A stretch of DNA of 64,000 nt from contig OZ246403.1 in NCBI GenBank assembly GCA_965230925.1, positions 68,360 through 132,359 of the forward strand, in the 5' to 3' direction. The DNA is from an uncultured Candidatus Saccharibacteria bacterium. Its GTDB lineage: Bacteria; Patescibacteriota; Minisyncoccia; Phycocordibacterales; JACOZG01. The translations under genes were made by a program, and so were the position numbers. A model generated the notes under the pieces. The model worked only from the letters and a program-made list of their open reading frames with translations. It ran no database searches and was not told the DNA's origin. Of the stretch, positions 18,520 to 28,971 are shown one piece after another. Numbering within the stretch: position 1 is the stretch's first letter; each line of letters starts with the position of its first letter.

Positions 18520-20493
18520 ATGGCCAAAGCCCTGACGATCGGGAACGGTACTATCCTCGTAAACCTCGACGAGCGGGGCCAGGTTCGTGACTTTTATTTT
18601 CCTCATGTAGGGCTGGAAAATCAAGTTGGAGGTTACTTTGCTCACCGCGTTGGGGTTTGGATCAACGGTGATTTCTCTTGGACGGCTGACGCTGATTGGA
18701 AAATGGAAGTGCACGGTGAGACTGATTATTTGGCCGGCAAAACGGTGGCGGAAAATCATCGGCTTAAGGTGCGCCTCGTTTTCCAAGATTTGGTCTACAA
18801 TGAAAAAAATATTTTTGTCCGAAAAGTTCTAGTTTCTAATTTAGCCAAAGAGAAACGAGAAATCCGCCTCTTTTTCCATCAACAATTCCAACCTTATGAA
18901 TCATATGCCGCCCACACCGCCTATTTTGATCCATTTTCGAAAACCCTAATCCACTATCGCAATCGCCGTGTTTTCCTGGCCAATGCCGAGCTCCACGGCA
19001 AACCTTTTGATCAATTTAGCACCGGCTTGAGTGGTCGTGAGGGGCGAGAAGGCACTTATCGCGACGCAGAAGACGGTGTTTTGAGTGGAAACCCTATTGA
19101 ACACGGACCAGTGGACTCGGTTTTGCGTCTTAGTGCCGAGTATGCGGCAGGGGAAGACAAGCTTGCCTATTACTGGCTCGCGGCCGGGAAAAATGTGGCG
19201 GAAGTGACGGCGCTCAATACTTACGTGATCGAGAATGGACCAGGGCACTTGTTCCAAACCACTCGTGACTTCTGGCGCGCTTGGGTATATCGGCAAAATT
19301 TTACCTTCGAGGGATTGCCGACCGAAGTGGTAAATCTTTTTAATCGATCACTCTTCATGATCCGCGCTCACGTTGACGCTGGTGGCGCCATTATTGCCTC
19401 GGCAGATTCCAACACCTTACAAAACGGCAAAGATACTTACTGCTACACCTGGATGCGCGACTCGAGCTTCGCCGCCTTGGCGCTCACCGGAGCAGGGAGT
19501 CACTCCGTCGCCAAACAATTTTTCACTTTTGCCAACGAGATTATTACGCCTGAAGGCTACTTTCTCCACAAGTACAGCGCGGATGGCTCACTCGGCAGTT
19601 CCTGGCATCCCTGGCTTAAGAACGGCGAGGCTCAACTGCCAATTCAAGAAGATTCAACGGCCCTGGTCATTTTCGCCCTTTGGCAATTTTATGATAAGTC
19701 AAAAGATCTGGAGTTTATTGAATCGATTTATAATTCGCTAATCAAAAAAGCCGCGGACTTTCTGGTGACTTACCGCGACGAACAAACCGGCTTGCCCAAA
19801 CCAAGCTATGATCTCTGGGAAGAAAAGTGGGGTACCTCAACCTTCACCGCCGCGGCCGTGTATGGTGGTCTTATGGCCGCGGCCAACTTTGCCAAAGTGC
19901 TAGGCAAGCTCAAAAGCGGAAATATTTATCATAAAGCTGCCCTTGAAGTCCGTGAAGGAATTCTAAAGTATTTATACGACGAGAAAACTGGTTACTTCCA
20001 CAAACTAATGCGTTTTAATGGTAAAGAATTATTACTTGATACCACGGTAGATATCTCGAGCGTGTATGGGATTTACCAATTCGGCGTCTTACCACCCAAT
20101 GATCAAAGAGTGATTCGCGCCCTAGGCGTGGCCGTGAAAAAGCTCGACACTAAGAATGGTCTGGCGCGCTATGACGGCGATAGTTATTGTCGCACCAATG
20201 ATAATTTGCCGGGTAATCCCTGGATTATCACTACCATGTGGCTCGCTGAACATCAGGTGGCCCTCGCCAGCTCGCAGAAAGAGTTAGAACCGGTGAAAAA
20301 GTGGCTTAGCTGGGCCGCCAAACACTCTTTCGCTTCCGGTATTCTCCCCGAGCAAATTAATCCTGACACTAGTGAACCAATATCTGTTGCGCCTCTAGTC
20401 TGGAGTCATGCGGAATTTGTCCGCGTCATCATTGCCTATCTCGACAAACTCGAGGAACTTGGGATTTGCAAAGCCTGTAACCCCGTGTATTAA
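18520..20493 (+). CDS. Glycoside hydrolase family 15 (glucoamylase-like)
   Basis: Y.Y.WMRD, SSWHP, QED.TA, DLWEE, LPEQ, PLVWSHAEF. Confidence 0.93.
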   Translation: MAKALTIGNGTILVNLDERGQVRDFYFPHVGLENQVGGYFAHRVGVWINGDFSWTADADWKMEVHGETDYLAGKTVAENHRLKVRLVFQDLVYNEKNIFVRKVLVSNLAKEKREIRLFFHQQFQPYESYAAHTAYFDPFSKTLIHYRNRRVFLANAELHGKPFDQFSTGLSGREGREGTYRDAEDGVLSGNPIEHGPVDSVLRLSAEYAAGEDKLAYYWLAAGKNVAEVTALNTYVIENGPGHLFQTTRDFWRAWVYRQNFTFEGLPTEVVNLFNRSLFMIRAHVDAGGAIIASADSNTLQNGKDTYCYTWMRDSSFAALALTGAGSHSVAKQFFTFANEIITPEGYFLHKYSADGSLGSSWHPWLKNGEAQLPIQEDSTALVIFALWQFYDKSKDLEFIESIYNSLIKKAADFLVTYRDEQTGLPKPSYDLWEEKWGTSTFTAAAVYGGLMAAANFAKVLGKLKSGNIYHKAALEVREGILKYLYDEKTGYFHKLMRFNGKELLLDTTVDISSVYGIYQFGVLPPNDQRVIRALGVAVKKLDTKNGLARYDGDSYCRTNDNLPGNPWIITTMWLAEHQVALASSQKELEPVKKWLSWAAKHSFASGILPEQINPDTSEPISVAPLVWSHAEFVRVIIAYLDKLEELGICKACNPVY

Positions 20494-20499
20494 TAGGCC

Positions 20500-21636
20500 G
20501 TGCTAAATTTTAAAATTGAGAAAAAAGGCCTGCCTGCCGGTAGGCAGGGCCAGGGCCTTGCGCGTGCCGGCATAATCGAAACACCACACGGGGTAATAGA
20601 AACTCCAGCTTTTATTCCCGTCGCGACCAAGGCGACAGTGAAGTCGCTCACGCCCGAGATGGTTAATAATCTCGGCGCCCAAGCCGTGCTTGCGAACACT
20701 TATCATCTCTATTTAGAACCAGGCGATGAGCTGGTGAAGAAAGCTGGCGGCTTGGGAAAATTTATGAATTGGCAAAAACCGACCTTCACCGACTCGGGCG
20801 GCTTCCAGGTGTTCTCACTTGGGGCGAAGACCAATAAATTTGGCGAGATTAAGAGTGAAGATCGGGCACCACTCGCTAAAATTGATGATGACGGCGTGAC
20901 TTTCCGCTCACACTTGGATGGCAGTGAACATCGCTTTACGCCCGAGAAGTCGATTGAGATTCAATACAATATTGGGGCGGATATTATTTTTGCCTTCGAT
21001 GAATGTCCTCCTGGAGATTCTGATCATGTGTATCAAACTAAGGCGATGGAGAGAACGCATGCTTGGGCCAAACGATCACTCGTGAGGCACCAAGAACTTG
21101 GTGGGGAGCAAGCTTTGTTGGGAATTGTCCAAGGTGGACGCTTCGATGACCTCCGCGAAGAGAGTGCCAAGGTGATTGGTAAAATGGCTTTCGACGGTTT
21201 TGGCATCGGCGGCACCTTCGATAAACGCGACATCGAGCTAACGATTGCGAAAGTAAATCAAATTTTGCCAGAAGATAAACCGAGACACTTGCTCGGTATT
21301 GGCGAGCCAGAAGACTTTATCGCTGGCGCACTCGCTGGTTGCGACACCTTCGACTGCGTTCTTTCCACCCGCTTAGCGCGCCACGGCACTTTGCAAACTG
21401 CGTCTGGAAAACTTAATTTATTAAATGCCCAATATCGTGAAGATTTTTCACCCATCGAACACGGCTGTGCTTGTTACACTTGCCAACACCACACTCGCGC
21501 CTACTTAGCGCACCTTTTCCGGGCTCAAGAAATTTTGGCCGCCACCCTCGCTTCTATCCACAATCTCTATTTCTCAGTGAGTTTTGTAAAAAAGTTAAGG
21601 GAAAAGATATTAACAGGAAAACAGTTGACAGGATAG
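20500..21636 (+). CDS. tgt: tRNA-guanine transglycosylase
   Basis: ETPAFIPVAT, NTYHL, TDSGGFQVFSL, GIVQGG, CxCxxC Zn site. Confidence 0.95.
   Translation: MLNFKIEKKGLPAGRQGQGLARAGIIETPHGVIETPAFIPVATKATVKSLTPEMVNNLGAQAVLANTYHLYLEPGDELVKKAGGLGKFMNWQKPTFTDSGGFQVFSLGAKTNKFGEIKSEDRAPLAKIDDDGVTFRSHLDGSEHRFTPEKSIEIQYNIGADIIFAFDECPPGDSDHVYQTKAMERTHAWAKRSLVRHQELGGEQALLGIVQGGRFDDLREESAKVIGKMAFDGFGIGGTFDKRDIELTIAKVNQILPEDKPRHLLGIGEPEDFIAGALAGCDTFDCVLSTRLARHGTLQTASGKLNLLNAQYREDFSPIEHGCACYTCQHHTRAYLAHLFRAQEILAATLASIHNLYFSVSFVKKLREKILTGKQLTG
20529..20548 (+). repeat. Palindromic element at the tgt 5' end
   Basis: CCTGCCTGCCGGTAGGCAGG encodes LPAGRQ; CCTGCC...GGCAGG termini. Confidence 0.7.
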
Positions 21637-21657
21637 TCTTGCTTGGTAGTATTAAAT

Positions 21658-21881
21658 GGTCCAAGACAACTCCACGCCAGGAAGCGTCTCGGGACAAGTT
21701 CGGGAAGCCTGTCCGGTAGTTATCTCCGAAAACCAAACTCGCAACCACCTATAACGTCATGAAGTTTCTCAACGGCACACTGCCGGACAGGCAACCCATT
21801 TGATCTTTGGCTAGACCGTCCCTTGTGGACCACACTCTAAAAGACCCCACCTGTCTTCCAGGCTTCGGGGTCTAATTTTTT
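21658..21881 (+). ncRNA. Candidate ~175-nt rod-shaped ncRNA (6S-like) plus terminator
   Basis: TTGACA-16-TAGTAT promoter; nested stems incl. 14 bp 21707-21720/21779-21792; terminator 21842-21881. Confidence 0.5.
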
Positions 21882-22568
21882 ATGAAAACCCATCGCTTTA
21901 TTGGCGACTTTAATTTTAAATCAACAGAAATTACTCTCACTGACGGTGAGCTTTTTAATCAACTCAAAAATGTATTACGTCTCACACCGGGAGAGAAAAT
22001 CTTGATTGGTAACGGCCAAGGCGAAGAAGCTGAAGCAGAAATTGAAGTTCTGGAGAAAGAGAAACTGGTTTTAAAAATTAACCAAGTCAAGCCAATCAAT
22101 ACCGAACCAGCGCGGAAGGTTAAACTCTATTGCGCTATCCTTAAAAAAGAGAACTTCGAGCTCGCGGTGCAGAAGGCGACCGAGATCGGCGTTAGTGAGA
22201 TTACGCCGGTAATTACCGAACGAACCGTAAAAACTGGTTTGAACTTTGAACGTTTGCAGAAAATTATTAAGGAAGCTGCGGAACAGGCCGGTCGGGGAAT
22301 CTTACCAATCTTAAAAGAAACACTAGATTTCGAAAAAGCTTTGCAAACAGAAACTAGTCCAAAAATCCTCTTTCATCCTTCTGACCATCAGATGGCCCCA
22401 GTTTCTGGTGACCAAATTGCCGTTTTCATTGGCCCCGAGGGCGGTTTTACGGAAAATGAAGTTGCTTTTGCCAAAGAACACGGCGCCCAAATCGCCACCT
22501 TCGGCCCCCTCATCTTCCGCGCCGAAACAGCAGCGATTATTGCGAGTTATCTGGCGGCAAGAGTTTAG
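21882..22568 (+). CDS. rsmE: 16S rRNA m3U1498 methyltransferase
   Basis: QKATEIGV, EAAEQ, IGPEGGF, FRAETA. Confidence 0.95.
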   Translation: MKTHRFIGDFNFKSTEITLTDGELFNQLKNVLRLTPGEKILIGNGQGEEAEAEIEVLEKEKLVLKINQVKPINTEPARKVKLYCAILKKENFELAVQKATEIGVSEITPVITERTVKTGLNFERLQKIIKEAAEQAGRGILPILKETLDFEKALQTETSPKILFHPSDHQMAPVSGDQIAVFIGPEGGFTENEVAFAKEHGAQIATFGPLIFRAETAAIIASYLAARV

Positions 22569-22633
22569 ATATCCACAGCCCTCTTGACTCGTTTCCACGA
22601 AGGAATATCCTTTTAAGTGGCAATAGCACATAA

Positions 22634-22800
22634 GATATTCGGAACCACGGCGTCACAGCTGGGGTGGGGCGAGTTACCGACGAACAGCGGGCAGCGGCGC
22701 ATAAGGGGCGTAGCAACTCGCCTCACCCCCGGATTGGTTTCTGGATATTTTTTAATACGAGGACCTGGTCATCTTTGACCCGGTCCTTCTTCTTTTATTT
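22634..22800 (+). ncRNA. Candidate ~120-nt long-hairpin ncRNA plus terminator
   Basis: TTGACT-16-TATCCT promoter; GGGGTGGGGCGAGTT pairs with AACTCGCCTCACCCC; terminator ~22759-22800. Confidence 0.45.
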
Positions 22801-22824
22801 AGCAAAATGTAGTACTTTTAGCGG

Positions 22825-24855
22825 GTGCCAAACTTTAAATTAAAATCGGAGTTTAAGCCGGCGGGGGATCAGCCGCAGGCGATTGAGAAATTGGTGAGTG
22901 GGCTCAAGAAGGGACTGCGTCATCAAACTTTGCTTGGCGTGACGGGGTCGGGAAAAACTTTTACGGCAGCCAATGTGATTGCTGCGATAGATAAACCAAC
23001 CCTGGTGATTGCCCACAATAAGACGCTGGCCGCCCAGCTCGCGCAGGAGTATCGTGACTTTTTCCCTGACGCCGCGGTGCATTACTTCGTTTCTTATTAC
23101 GACTTCTATCAACCGGAGGCCTATTTGCCGACCACCGACACCTACATCGAGAAAGACGCGAGTATTAATGAAGAAATTGATCGCCTACGTCACGCTTCGA
23201 CCCAAGCTTTACTGACGAGAAAAGATGTAATTATCGTTGCTTCGGTCTCGTGTATCTACGGCCTCGGCAGTCCCGCCGAATATCAAGAAGAGAATTTACG
23301 TTTGCGCCGCGGTGATAAATTAAGTCGCACCGACCTGCTCAAGAAATTGGTGAAAATTCATTATGAGCGGACCACGGCGGATCTTGCGCCGGGCACCTTC
23401 CGCGCGCTGGGCAACAGAGTGGAAGTTATGCCGCCGGGCGAAGAAATGGTTTATCTATTTACTTTTAGCCCGAGCGAAATCGAAGAAATTACGAAGTTAG
23501 ATCCAATAACGCGTGAACTTAAGGGCGATGTGATCGAGACTTGGCTCTTCCCTGCTAAGCACTTTATCACCAGTGTCGCGGCGCGGAATCGAGCGATTAA
23601 GGCGATTAAAGAAGAGTTGGCCGAACGCCTAAAATATTTCGAAGATAATAAAATGCCGCTTGAAGCCGAGCGAATCAAGCGTCGCACCAATTACGATCTC
23701 GCGATGATTAAAGAAATTGGTTATTGCTCGGGGATTGAGAATTACTCGCGTCACTTGGCGGGGCGTGAGGCGGGCTCGGCACCAGACACTTTGATCTCTT
23801 ACTTTCCCAAGGATTTCCTGACCATTATTGACGAGTCACATGTGACGATTCCGCAAATTGGCGGCATGTACGCCGGTGATCAGAGTCGCAAACAAACTTT
23901 GATCGAATACGGTTTTCGTCTACCAAGCGCGCGAGACAACAGACCGCTGAAGTTCGATGAATTTGAGAAGCGTGTGGGGCAAACTATTTATACTTCGGCG
24001 ACGCCAAGTAATTATGAACGAGAAAACTCACAGCAAACTGTTGAGCAAATTATCCGACCAACTGGCCTGGTGGATCCTGAGCTCTCGATTCGACCAGTGA
24101 CGGCTAAGAGTAATTACCCCGGCCAAGTTCAGAACTTTATTGCTGAAGCGATTGCGACAATTAAGAAAGGTGACCGCGTGATTGCGACCACCTTGACCAA
24201 GAAGATGGCGGAGGATCTCGCGACCTATCTCAAAGAAAAGGGGATTAAAGCGGAATATTTGCATAGCGAAATTAAGACATTGGAGCGGATTAAGATTCTC
24301 ACCGCCTTCCGCCAAGGCGCGGCCAAGGGTGGATTTGATTGTATTGTTGGCGTGAACTTGCTCCGCGAAGGTCTCGACTTACCCGAAGTGTCATTGATCG
24401 GAATTTTGGACGCCGACAAAGAAGGCTTCTTGCGCTCGGAGGTGTCGCTTATTCAAACCATTGGTCGCGCGGCGCGCAATGCCGAAGGTCGGGTAATTCT
24501 CTACGCTGACTCGGTGACCGGCTCCATGGACGCGGCGATCAGAGAGACAAATCGTCGGCGAGAAATTCAGCTCGCGTACAATAAAAAACACGGGATTACA
24601 CCAAAAACGATTATCAAAAATATTAAAGATATTACGGCCACCCTCGAGAGCGAGCGCAGTAAAGCAGTGAAAAACTTGGCGGCGCTGGATCGCCAAATGT
24701 ACGGCAAAAATCTAAAGAAAGCGATCAAAGAGAAAGAAAAACAAATGGCCGCCGCCGTCCGTGACCTCGACTTCGAAACCGCGGCGCTGATTCGAGATGA
24801 AATTAAAGAACTTCTGGGTGAGAAATCAGTTAATAAAAACAAAAAAGACCGGTGA
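22825..24855 (+). CDS. uvrB: Excinuclease ABC subunit B
   Basis: GVTGSGKT, HNKTLAAQL, DESH, NLLREGLD, QTIGRAARN. Confidence 0.98.
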   Translation: MPNFKLKSEFKPAGDQPQAIEKLVSGLKKGLRHQTLLGVTGSGKTFTAANVIAAIDKPTLVIAHNKTLAAQLAQEYRDFFPDAAVHYFVSYYDFYQPEAYLPTTDTYIEKDASINEEIDRLRHASTQALLTRKDVIIVASVSCIYGLGSPAEYQEENLRLRRGDKLSRTDLLKKLVKIHYERTTADLAPGTFRALGNRVEVMPPGEEMVYLFTFSPSEIEEITKLDPITRELKGDVIETWLFPAKHFITSVAARNRAIKAIKEELAERLKYFEDNKMPLEAERIKRRTNYDLAMIKEIGYCSGIENYSRHLAGREAGSAPDTLISYFPKDFLTIIDESHVTIPQIGGMYAGDQSRKQTLIEYGFRLPSARDNRPLKFDEFEKRVGQTIYTSATPSNYERENSQQTVEQIIRPTGLVDPELSIRPVTAKSNYPGQVQNFIAEAIATIKKGDRVIATTLTKKMAEDLATYLKEKGIKAEYLHSEIKTLERIKILTAFRQGAAKGGFDCIVGVNLLREGLDLPEVSLIGILDADKEGFLRSEVSLIQTIGRAARNAEGRVILYADSVTGSMDAAIRETNRRREIQLAYNKKHGITPKTIIKNIKDITATLESERSKAVKNLAALDRQMYGKNLKKAIKEKEKQMAAAVRDLDFETAALIRDEIKELLGEKSVNKNKKDR

Positions 24856-24895
24856 GTGCGCGAGGCACTCACCGGCTGGAGGCTTGGTTTTGCTC

Positions 24896-25249
24896 TTATT
24901 TATCCGTTAGGATTACGTGCGCTTTGTAAGTCACCGTTCTCGTCCCGTCGGGTGATTTTTTGCTCTCGGTGTAGAGAAGAACGGTGTCATGATTCTTTAG
25001 ACCATATTCTTCTCCAAACTGAGCGAGCACTTGTTTTCCTGCAGGAGGATCCAAAAGGGCAACTTGGGCCTCGCAGATCCTTTTCCCGCTCCAACCAGAA
25101 CATGACGGTTCTTCAATCAAACGCGCTCTTTCCCCGCCGAACAAGGGTTCCCTGATAAACTCATCTACCCCAATCCGCGCAAGGTGGAATGCCACGGCCA
25201 AAAACATGACGATCAGCATTCCCACAATAACTTTAAGACTACGAGGCAC
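24896..25249 (-). CDS. Orphan membrane-anchored protein
   Basis: GGGAGG SD; minus-strand TTGACA-17-TACTTT promoter at ~25321. Confidence 0.65.
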   Translation of the reverse strand: MPRSLKVIVGMLIVMFLAVAFHLARIGVDEFIREPLFGGERARLIEEPSCSGWSGKRICEAQVALLDPPAGKQVLAQFGEEYGLKNHDTVLLYTESKKSPDGTRTVTYKAHVILTDK

Positions 25250-25421
25250 GACTCACCTCCCTTTCTTTATGTGAAGAACGCCTCCAAATATAAAAGTAGC
25301 GCCGCTAACTTTGGTTGTCAATGAAAACACTCGCCGCAAGGGACGAGTGTTTCGAACGATCGCAAGAAGGCCATATCTTTAATTTGTCAACCGTCCAAAA
25401 TTCTGTTAGAATTGCCCGACT

Positions 25422-28028
25422 ATGGATCGATCTGGCGCTGACAAAATTATAATTAAAGGGGCTAAAACTCATAACCTCAAGAATATCTCGCTCGAATTGC
25501 CGCGGGGGAAAATGATTGTGTTTACGGGACTCTCGGGTTCGGGCAAGAGCTCGCTCGCCTTTGACACGATTTTTGCCGAGGGTCAGCGACGTTATGTCGA
25601 ATCACTCTCGGCGTATGCGCGGCAGTTTTTGCGCCAAATGCAGAAGCCGGACGTGGAAGAAATTTCTGGTCTCTCGCCCGCGATCTCGATTGATCAAAAG
25701 TCGCGCTCCAATAATCCACGTTCGACGGTGGCAACGATTACCGAGATTTATGATTACTTGCGTGTGCTGTACGCGCGCGTGGGCAAGCCGCATTGTCTTG
25801 AGTGCAACCGGCCAATCGAGAAAATGTCGCACGGCGAAATTATTACACTGATTAATAAACGAGTTAGCGAAGTTAAAGTAAAAAACAGTAAGGTGATGAT
25901 TCTCGCGCCGCTCGTTCGTGGCCGGAAAGGGGAATATTATCAGCTCTTGTACGATCTTCTGGAGAAAGGTTATCGGGAAGTTTTTGTAGACGGTGAACGG
26001 AAAAAGTTGCGCGAGCAAATTGTACTCGAGAAGCAGAAGAAACACAGCATCGATGTTCTCGTGGATGAAATTGAAATTGGCGCTTTGGTGCCGAAGCTGG
26101 AGACCAAGAAAGGAACGATTTTAAGCAAAAGCGTGCTCGCTGCAATGACGCAATCGGCCCGGGAACGGCTGAGTGAGGCCGTGGAGAGGGCGCTAAACGA
26201 GAGCGATGGCCTGGTGCGCATTGTCCTTGCTGATGAGCCGCTCGGTGATGCGCAGATCGTGTCTTCCAAATTTTCTTGTCCGTACGATGGTTTTTCTTAC
26301 CCGGAAATTGAGCCGAGATTATTTTCTTTTAACTCACCTTATGGCGCTTGCCCGGCTTGCCATGGTTTGGGCACCAAGCACTTTTTCGGTAGTGATAATT
26401 GTGAGACTTGCCATGGCGCGCGCTTGCGACCCGAGGCGCTAGGAGTAAAAATTGGCGGTAAAAATATTACCGAACTCACGTCGAGCTCGATTGCTATTGC
26501 CGACAACTTCTTCGATAGCGTGAAGTTCTCGCCGAAAGAGAAACAAATCGCCGCCGCGGTGTTTAAAGAAATTACTGATCGTCTCAAGTTCTTGCTCAAT
26601 GTGGGTCTCGACTATCTCACGCTCGATCGCCGTGCCCACACGCTCTCGGGTGGTGAGTCGCAACGCATTCGCCTGGCGTCGCAACTCGGCTCCAAGCTCG
26701 TCGGCGCGCTCTATGTGCTCGATGAACCGACGATTGGTCTGCACTCCTTCGACAATGATCGATTGATTAAAACCCTCGAAGAATTGCGTGATCTTGGCAA
26801 TACAATTATTGTGGTGGAGCACGATGAGGACACGATTTTTGCTTCTGATTATCTCGTCGATATTGGTCCCGGTGCTGGTGTGCACGGTGGACACGTGGTG
26901 GTGACGGGCGAGACGGATAAACTGATTACTGGAAAAACACCGAAAGAGGGCGAGTCTCTCACACTTGATTATTTGCGCGGTGATAAAAAGATTCCGGTGC
27001 CGGATGATCGGCGAGAAAGTGAAAAAGGTTCGCTGAAAATCCGTGGGGGCAATATTTTCAATATCAAAAACTTAAACCTTGATGTACCGCTCGGGCGTTT
27101 GGTGGCTGTGACGGGCGTGTCTGGCTCGGGCAAGAGTACTTTTGTGTACGAAATTATTTATAAAAACTTGCAGGCGCGCTTCGATCGCAAATATCGCTCG
27201 GCGAAAATTTATAATTGCAAAGAATTCACCGGCACGGAGTATATTCATCGCGAAGTGCTCATTGATCAATCGGCAATTGGTCGCACTCCGCGCTCTAACC
27301 CGGCCACGTATACCGGCGCTTTTTCTCATATTCGCGACCTCTTTGCCGCTACGGAGATGGCGAGAACGCGCGGGTGGAAGTCAGGGCGATTTTCCTTCAA
27401 CGTCGCGGGTGGACGCTGCGAAGCTTGCCAAGGCAATGGTATGGTGGGCGTGGAAATGCAATTTCTCCCGACCGTTTTCGTAGAGTGCGAAGTATGTCGT
27501 GGCAAGCGTTTTACCAAAGAGACGCTCGAGGTGAAATATAAGAAGAAAAATATTAATGAAGTCTTGCATCTCACGGTAGAAGAAGCCCTAAACTTTTTCG
27601 GCGATATTCCGGCGATTGCGGATCGTTTGCGAACCCTGAACGAAGTGGGCTTAGGCTATCTCGAGCTTGGTCAAAGCGCCACAACGCTCTCGGGCGGTGA
27701 GGCGCAGAGAGTGAAGATTTCATCGGAACTTTATCGGCCGTTTACCGAGCGGACGATGTATATTCTTGATGAACCCACAGTTGGTCTCCATTTCGAAGAC
27801 GTCAATAATCTCATTCAAATTTTGCAAAAATTAGTTCAGAAGGGGAATTCGGTCTTGGTAATTGAGCACAACTTAGAGCTTATTAAATGCGCCGATTATC
27901 TCATCGATATGGGACCCGAAGGCGGCACCGGCGGCGGGCAAATTGTAGCGACTGGTACGCCAGAGCAAGTGGCTAAGCACCCCAAATCTCACACGGCCAA
28001 GTATCTTAAAAAGATTTTAGAGAAATAA
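25422..28028 (+). CDS. uvrA: Excinuclease ABC subunit A
   Basis: Two ABC ATPase domains ([21 protein letters not shown]) and Zn fingers. Confidence 0.98.
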   Translation: MDRSGADKIIIKGAKTHNLKNISLELPRGKMIVFTGLSGSGKSSLAFDTIFAEGQRRYVESLSAYARQFLRQMQKPDVEEISGLSPAISIDQKSRSNNPRSTVATITEIYDYLRVLYARVGKPHCLECNRPIEKMSHGEIITLINKRVSEVKVKNSKVMILAPLVRGRKGEYYQLLYDLLEKGYREVFVDGERKKLREQIVLEKQKKHSIDVLVDEIEIGALVPKLETKKGTILSKSVLAAMTQSARERLSEAVERALNESDGLVRIVLADEPLGDAQIVSSKFSCPYDGFSYPEIEPRLFSFNSPYGACPACHGLGTKHFFGSDNCETCHGARLRPEALGVKIGGKNITELTSSSIAIADNFFDSVKFSPKEKQIAAAVFKEITDRLKFLLNVGLDYLTLDRRAHTLSGGESQRIRLASQLGSKLVGALYVLDEPTIGLHSFDNDRLIKTLEELRDLGNTIIVVEHDEDTIFASDYLVDIGPGAGVHGGHVVVTGETDKLITGKTPKEGESLTLDYLRGDKKIPVPDDRRESEKGSLKIRGGNIFNIKNLNLDVPLGRLVAVTGVSGSGKSTFVYEIIYKNLQARFDRKYRSAKIYNCKEFTGTEYIHREVLIDQSAIGRTPRSNPATYTGAFSHIRDLFAATEMARTRGWKSGRFSFNVAGGRCEACQGNGMVGVEMQFLPTVFVECEVCRGKRFTKETLEVKYKKKNINEVLHLTVEEALNFFGDIPAIADRLRTLNEVGLGYLELGQSATTLSGGEAQRVKISSELYRPFTERTMYILDEPTVGLHFEDVNNLIQILQKLVQKGNSVLVIEHNLELIKCADYLIDMGPEGGTGGGQIVATGTPEQVAKHPKSHTAKYLKKILEK

Positions 28029-28101
28029 AAGCGCCCCGCCCAACCTGGTGGCTGGAACGGGGGCTTGTGGAAACGCGCGATTGGGCGATCGCAGGAGCAG
28101 A

Positions 28102-28434
28102 TTAGGCAGCTATCTCATCAGTTTTACTTTCTTGCGAGGTGGCGATTATTAACGCTCTTTCGAGTTCATCACGACGTTGTTCGGCCCTAGTTCTTAGTGT
28201 GTGAATTGCTCGAATTGTCGTGATCTGATTGGGCCGCGGTCGTCCCATCAATTCGCACAGCCAGCGAAAGCATTCGTAACCGACGTCGGTTAGAACTCTC
28301 TCTGGTATGAAACCTTTTGGACGACCCATCTCAAAAACAAAAAGTTGCCCCGACTTCTCCAAGCCGTGAAGATTACTGACCGCTTGCTTAAGTTGGCCAA
28401 TCTTCACCTGCTGTTCACAAACAAGGTTCATCAT
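28102..28434 (-). CDS. Orphan hypothetical protein
   Basis: GAGGGAG SD 8 nt before ATG 28434; upstream minus-strand TTGACA at ~28551. Confidence 0.55.
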   Translation of the reverse strand: MMNLVCEQQVKIGQLKQAVSNLHGLEKSGQLFVFEMGRPKGFIPERVLTDVGYECFRWLCELMGRPRPNQITTIRAIHTLRTRAEQRRDELERALIIATSQESKTDEIAA

Positions 28435-28619
28435 CAAAAAAACTCCCTCTCTCACTACGGAATCTCCTCCCTGGGGTACAACACCCGGCAAACCATTACC
28501 GGGAAAATTTGATCTGCGGCCAGCATAACACCTCTTATCCTTAGTTGTCAAATAGGAAAGGCCTCGTACGAAACGAGGCCTTATTGGACCGGTCCGCGCG
28601 ATGGACGATCCCCAGAAGG

Positions 28620-28892
28620 TTATCGTGATAAGAGAGAACACCGGTAAGAAACAGCGTGCTTAAGCAACCTGTTTAGTTGGAACGGGGTAGCTCGCGCACC
28701 GAGCTCTTTGTATCCAGTTGTGTGGATGAGACTCGACACCACCGAAACTGCTGTTGAAGTCAACTCTGTCTTGCGATGCCTCCTGGCTTTCCTTCTCGCC
28801 AAGCGCTCACCCCCGACGAAGACTTCGTCGGCCCCCCTCAGTTCTCTAACCCTCTGGGCGCTTTGATAAACCCTGGTTTCCTCCCTGTTCAT
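28620..28892 (-). CDS. Orphan basic protein
   Basis: GGAGG SD; TTGACA-17-TATAGT promoter overlapping the uvrC start; terminator 28557-28582. Confidence 0.55.
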   Translation of the reverse strand: MNREETRVYQSAQRVRELRGADEVFVGGERLARRKARRHRKTELTSTAVSVVSSLIHTTGYKELGARATPFQLNRLLKHAVSYRCSLLSR

Positions 28893-28971
28893 TGCGATCC
28901 TCCCTGTTTGTGCTATTTGCCAGCAAATCGTTGCCAGCGTCCGGCGAATACTATAGACTAGGGACAAGGTT

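Noticed and set aside
24306-24332. Possible palindrome insert in uvrB (RQGAAKGG); also CCGCCAAGGGCGG near 831
   Set aside because: Too short or degenerate to assign without ortholog alignment.
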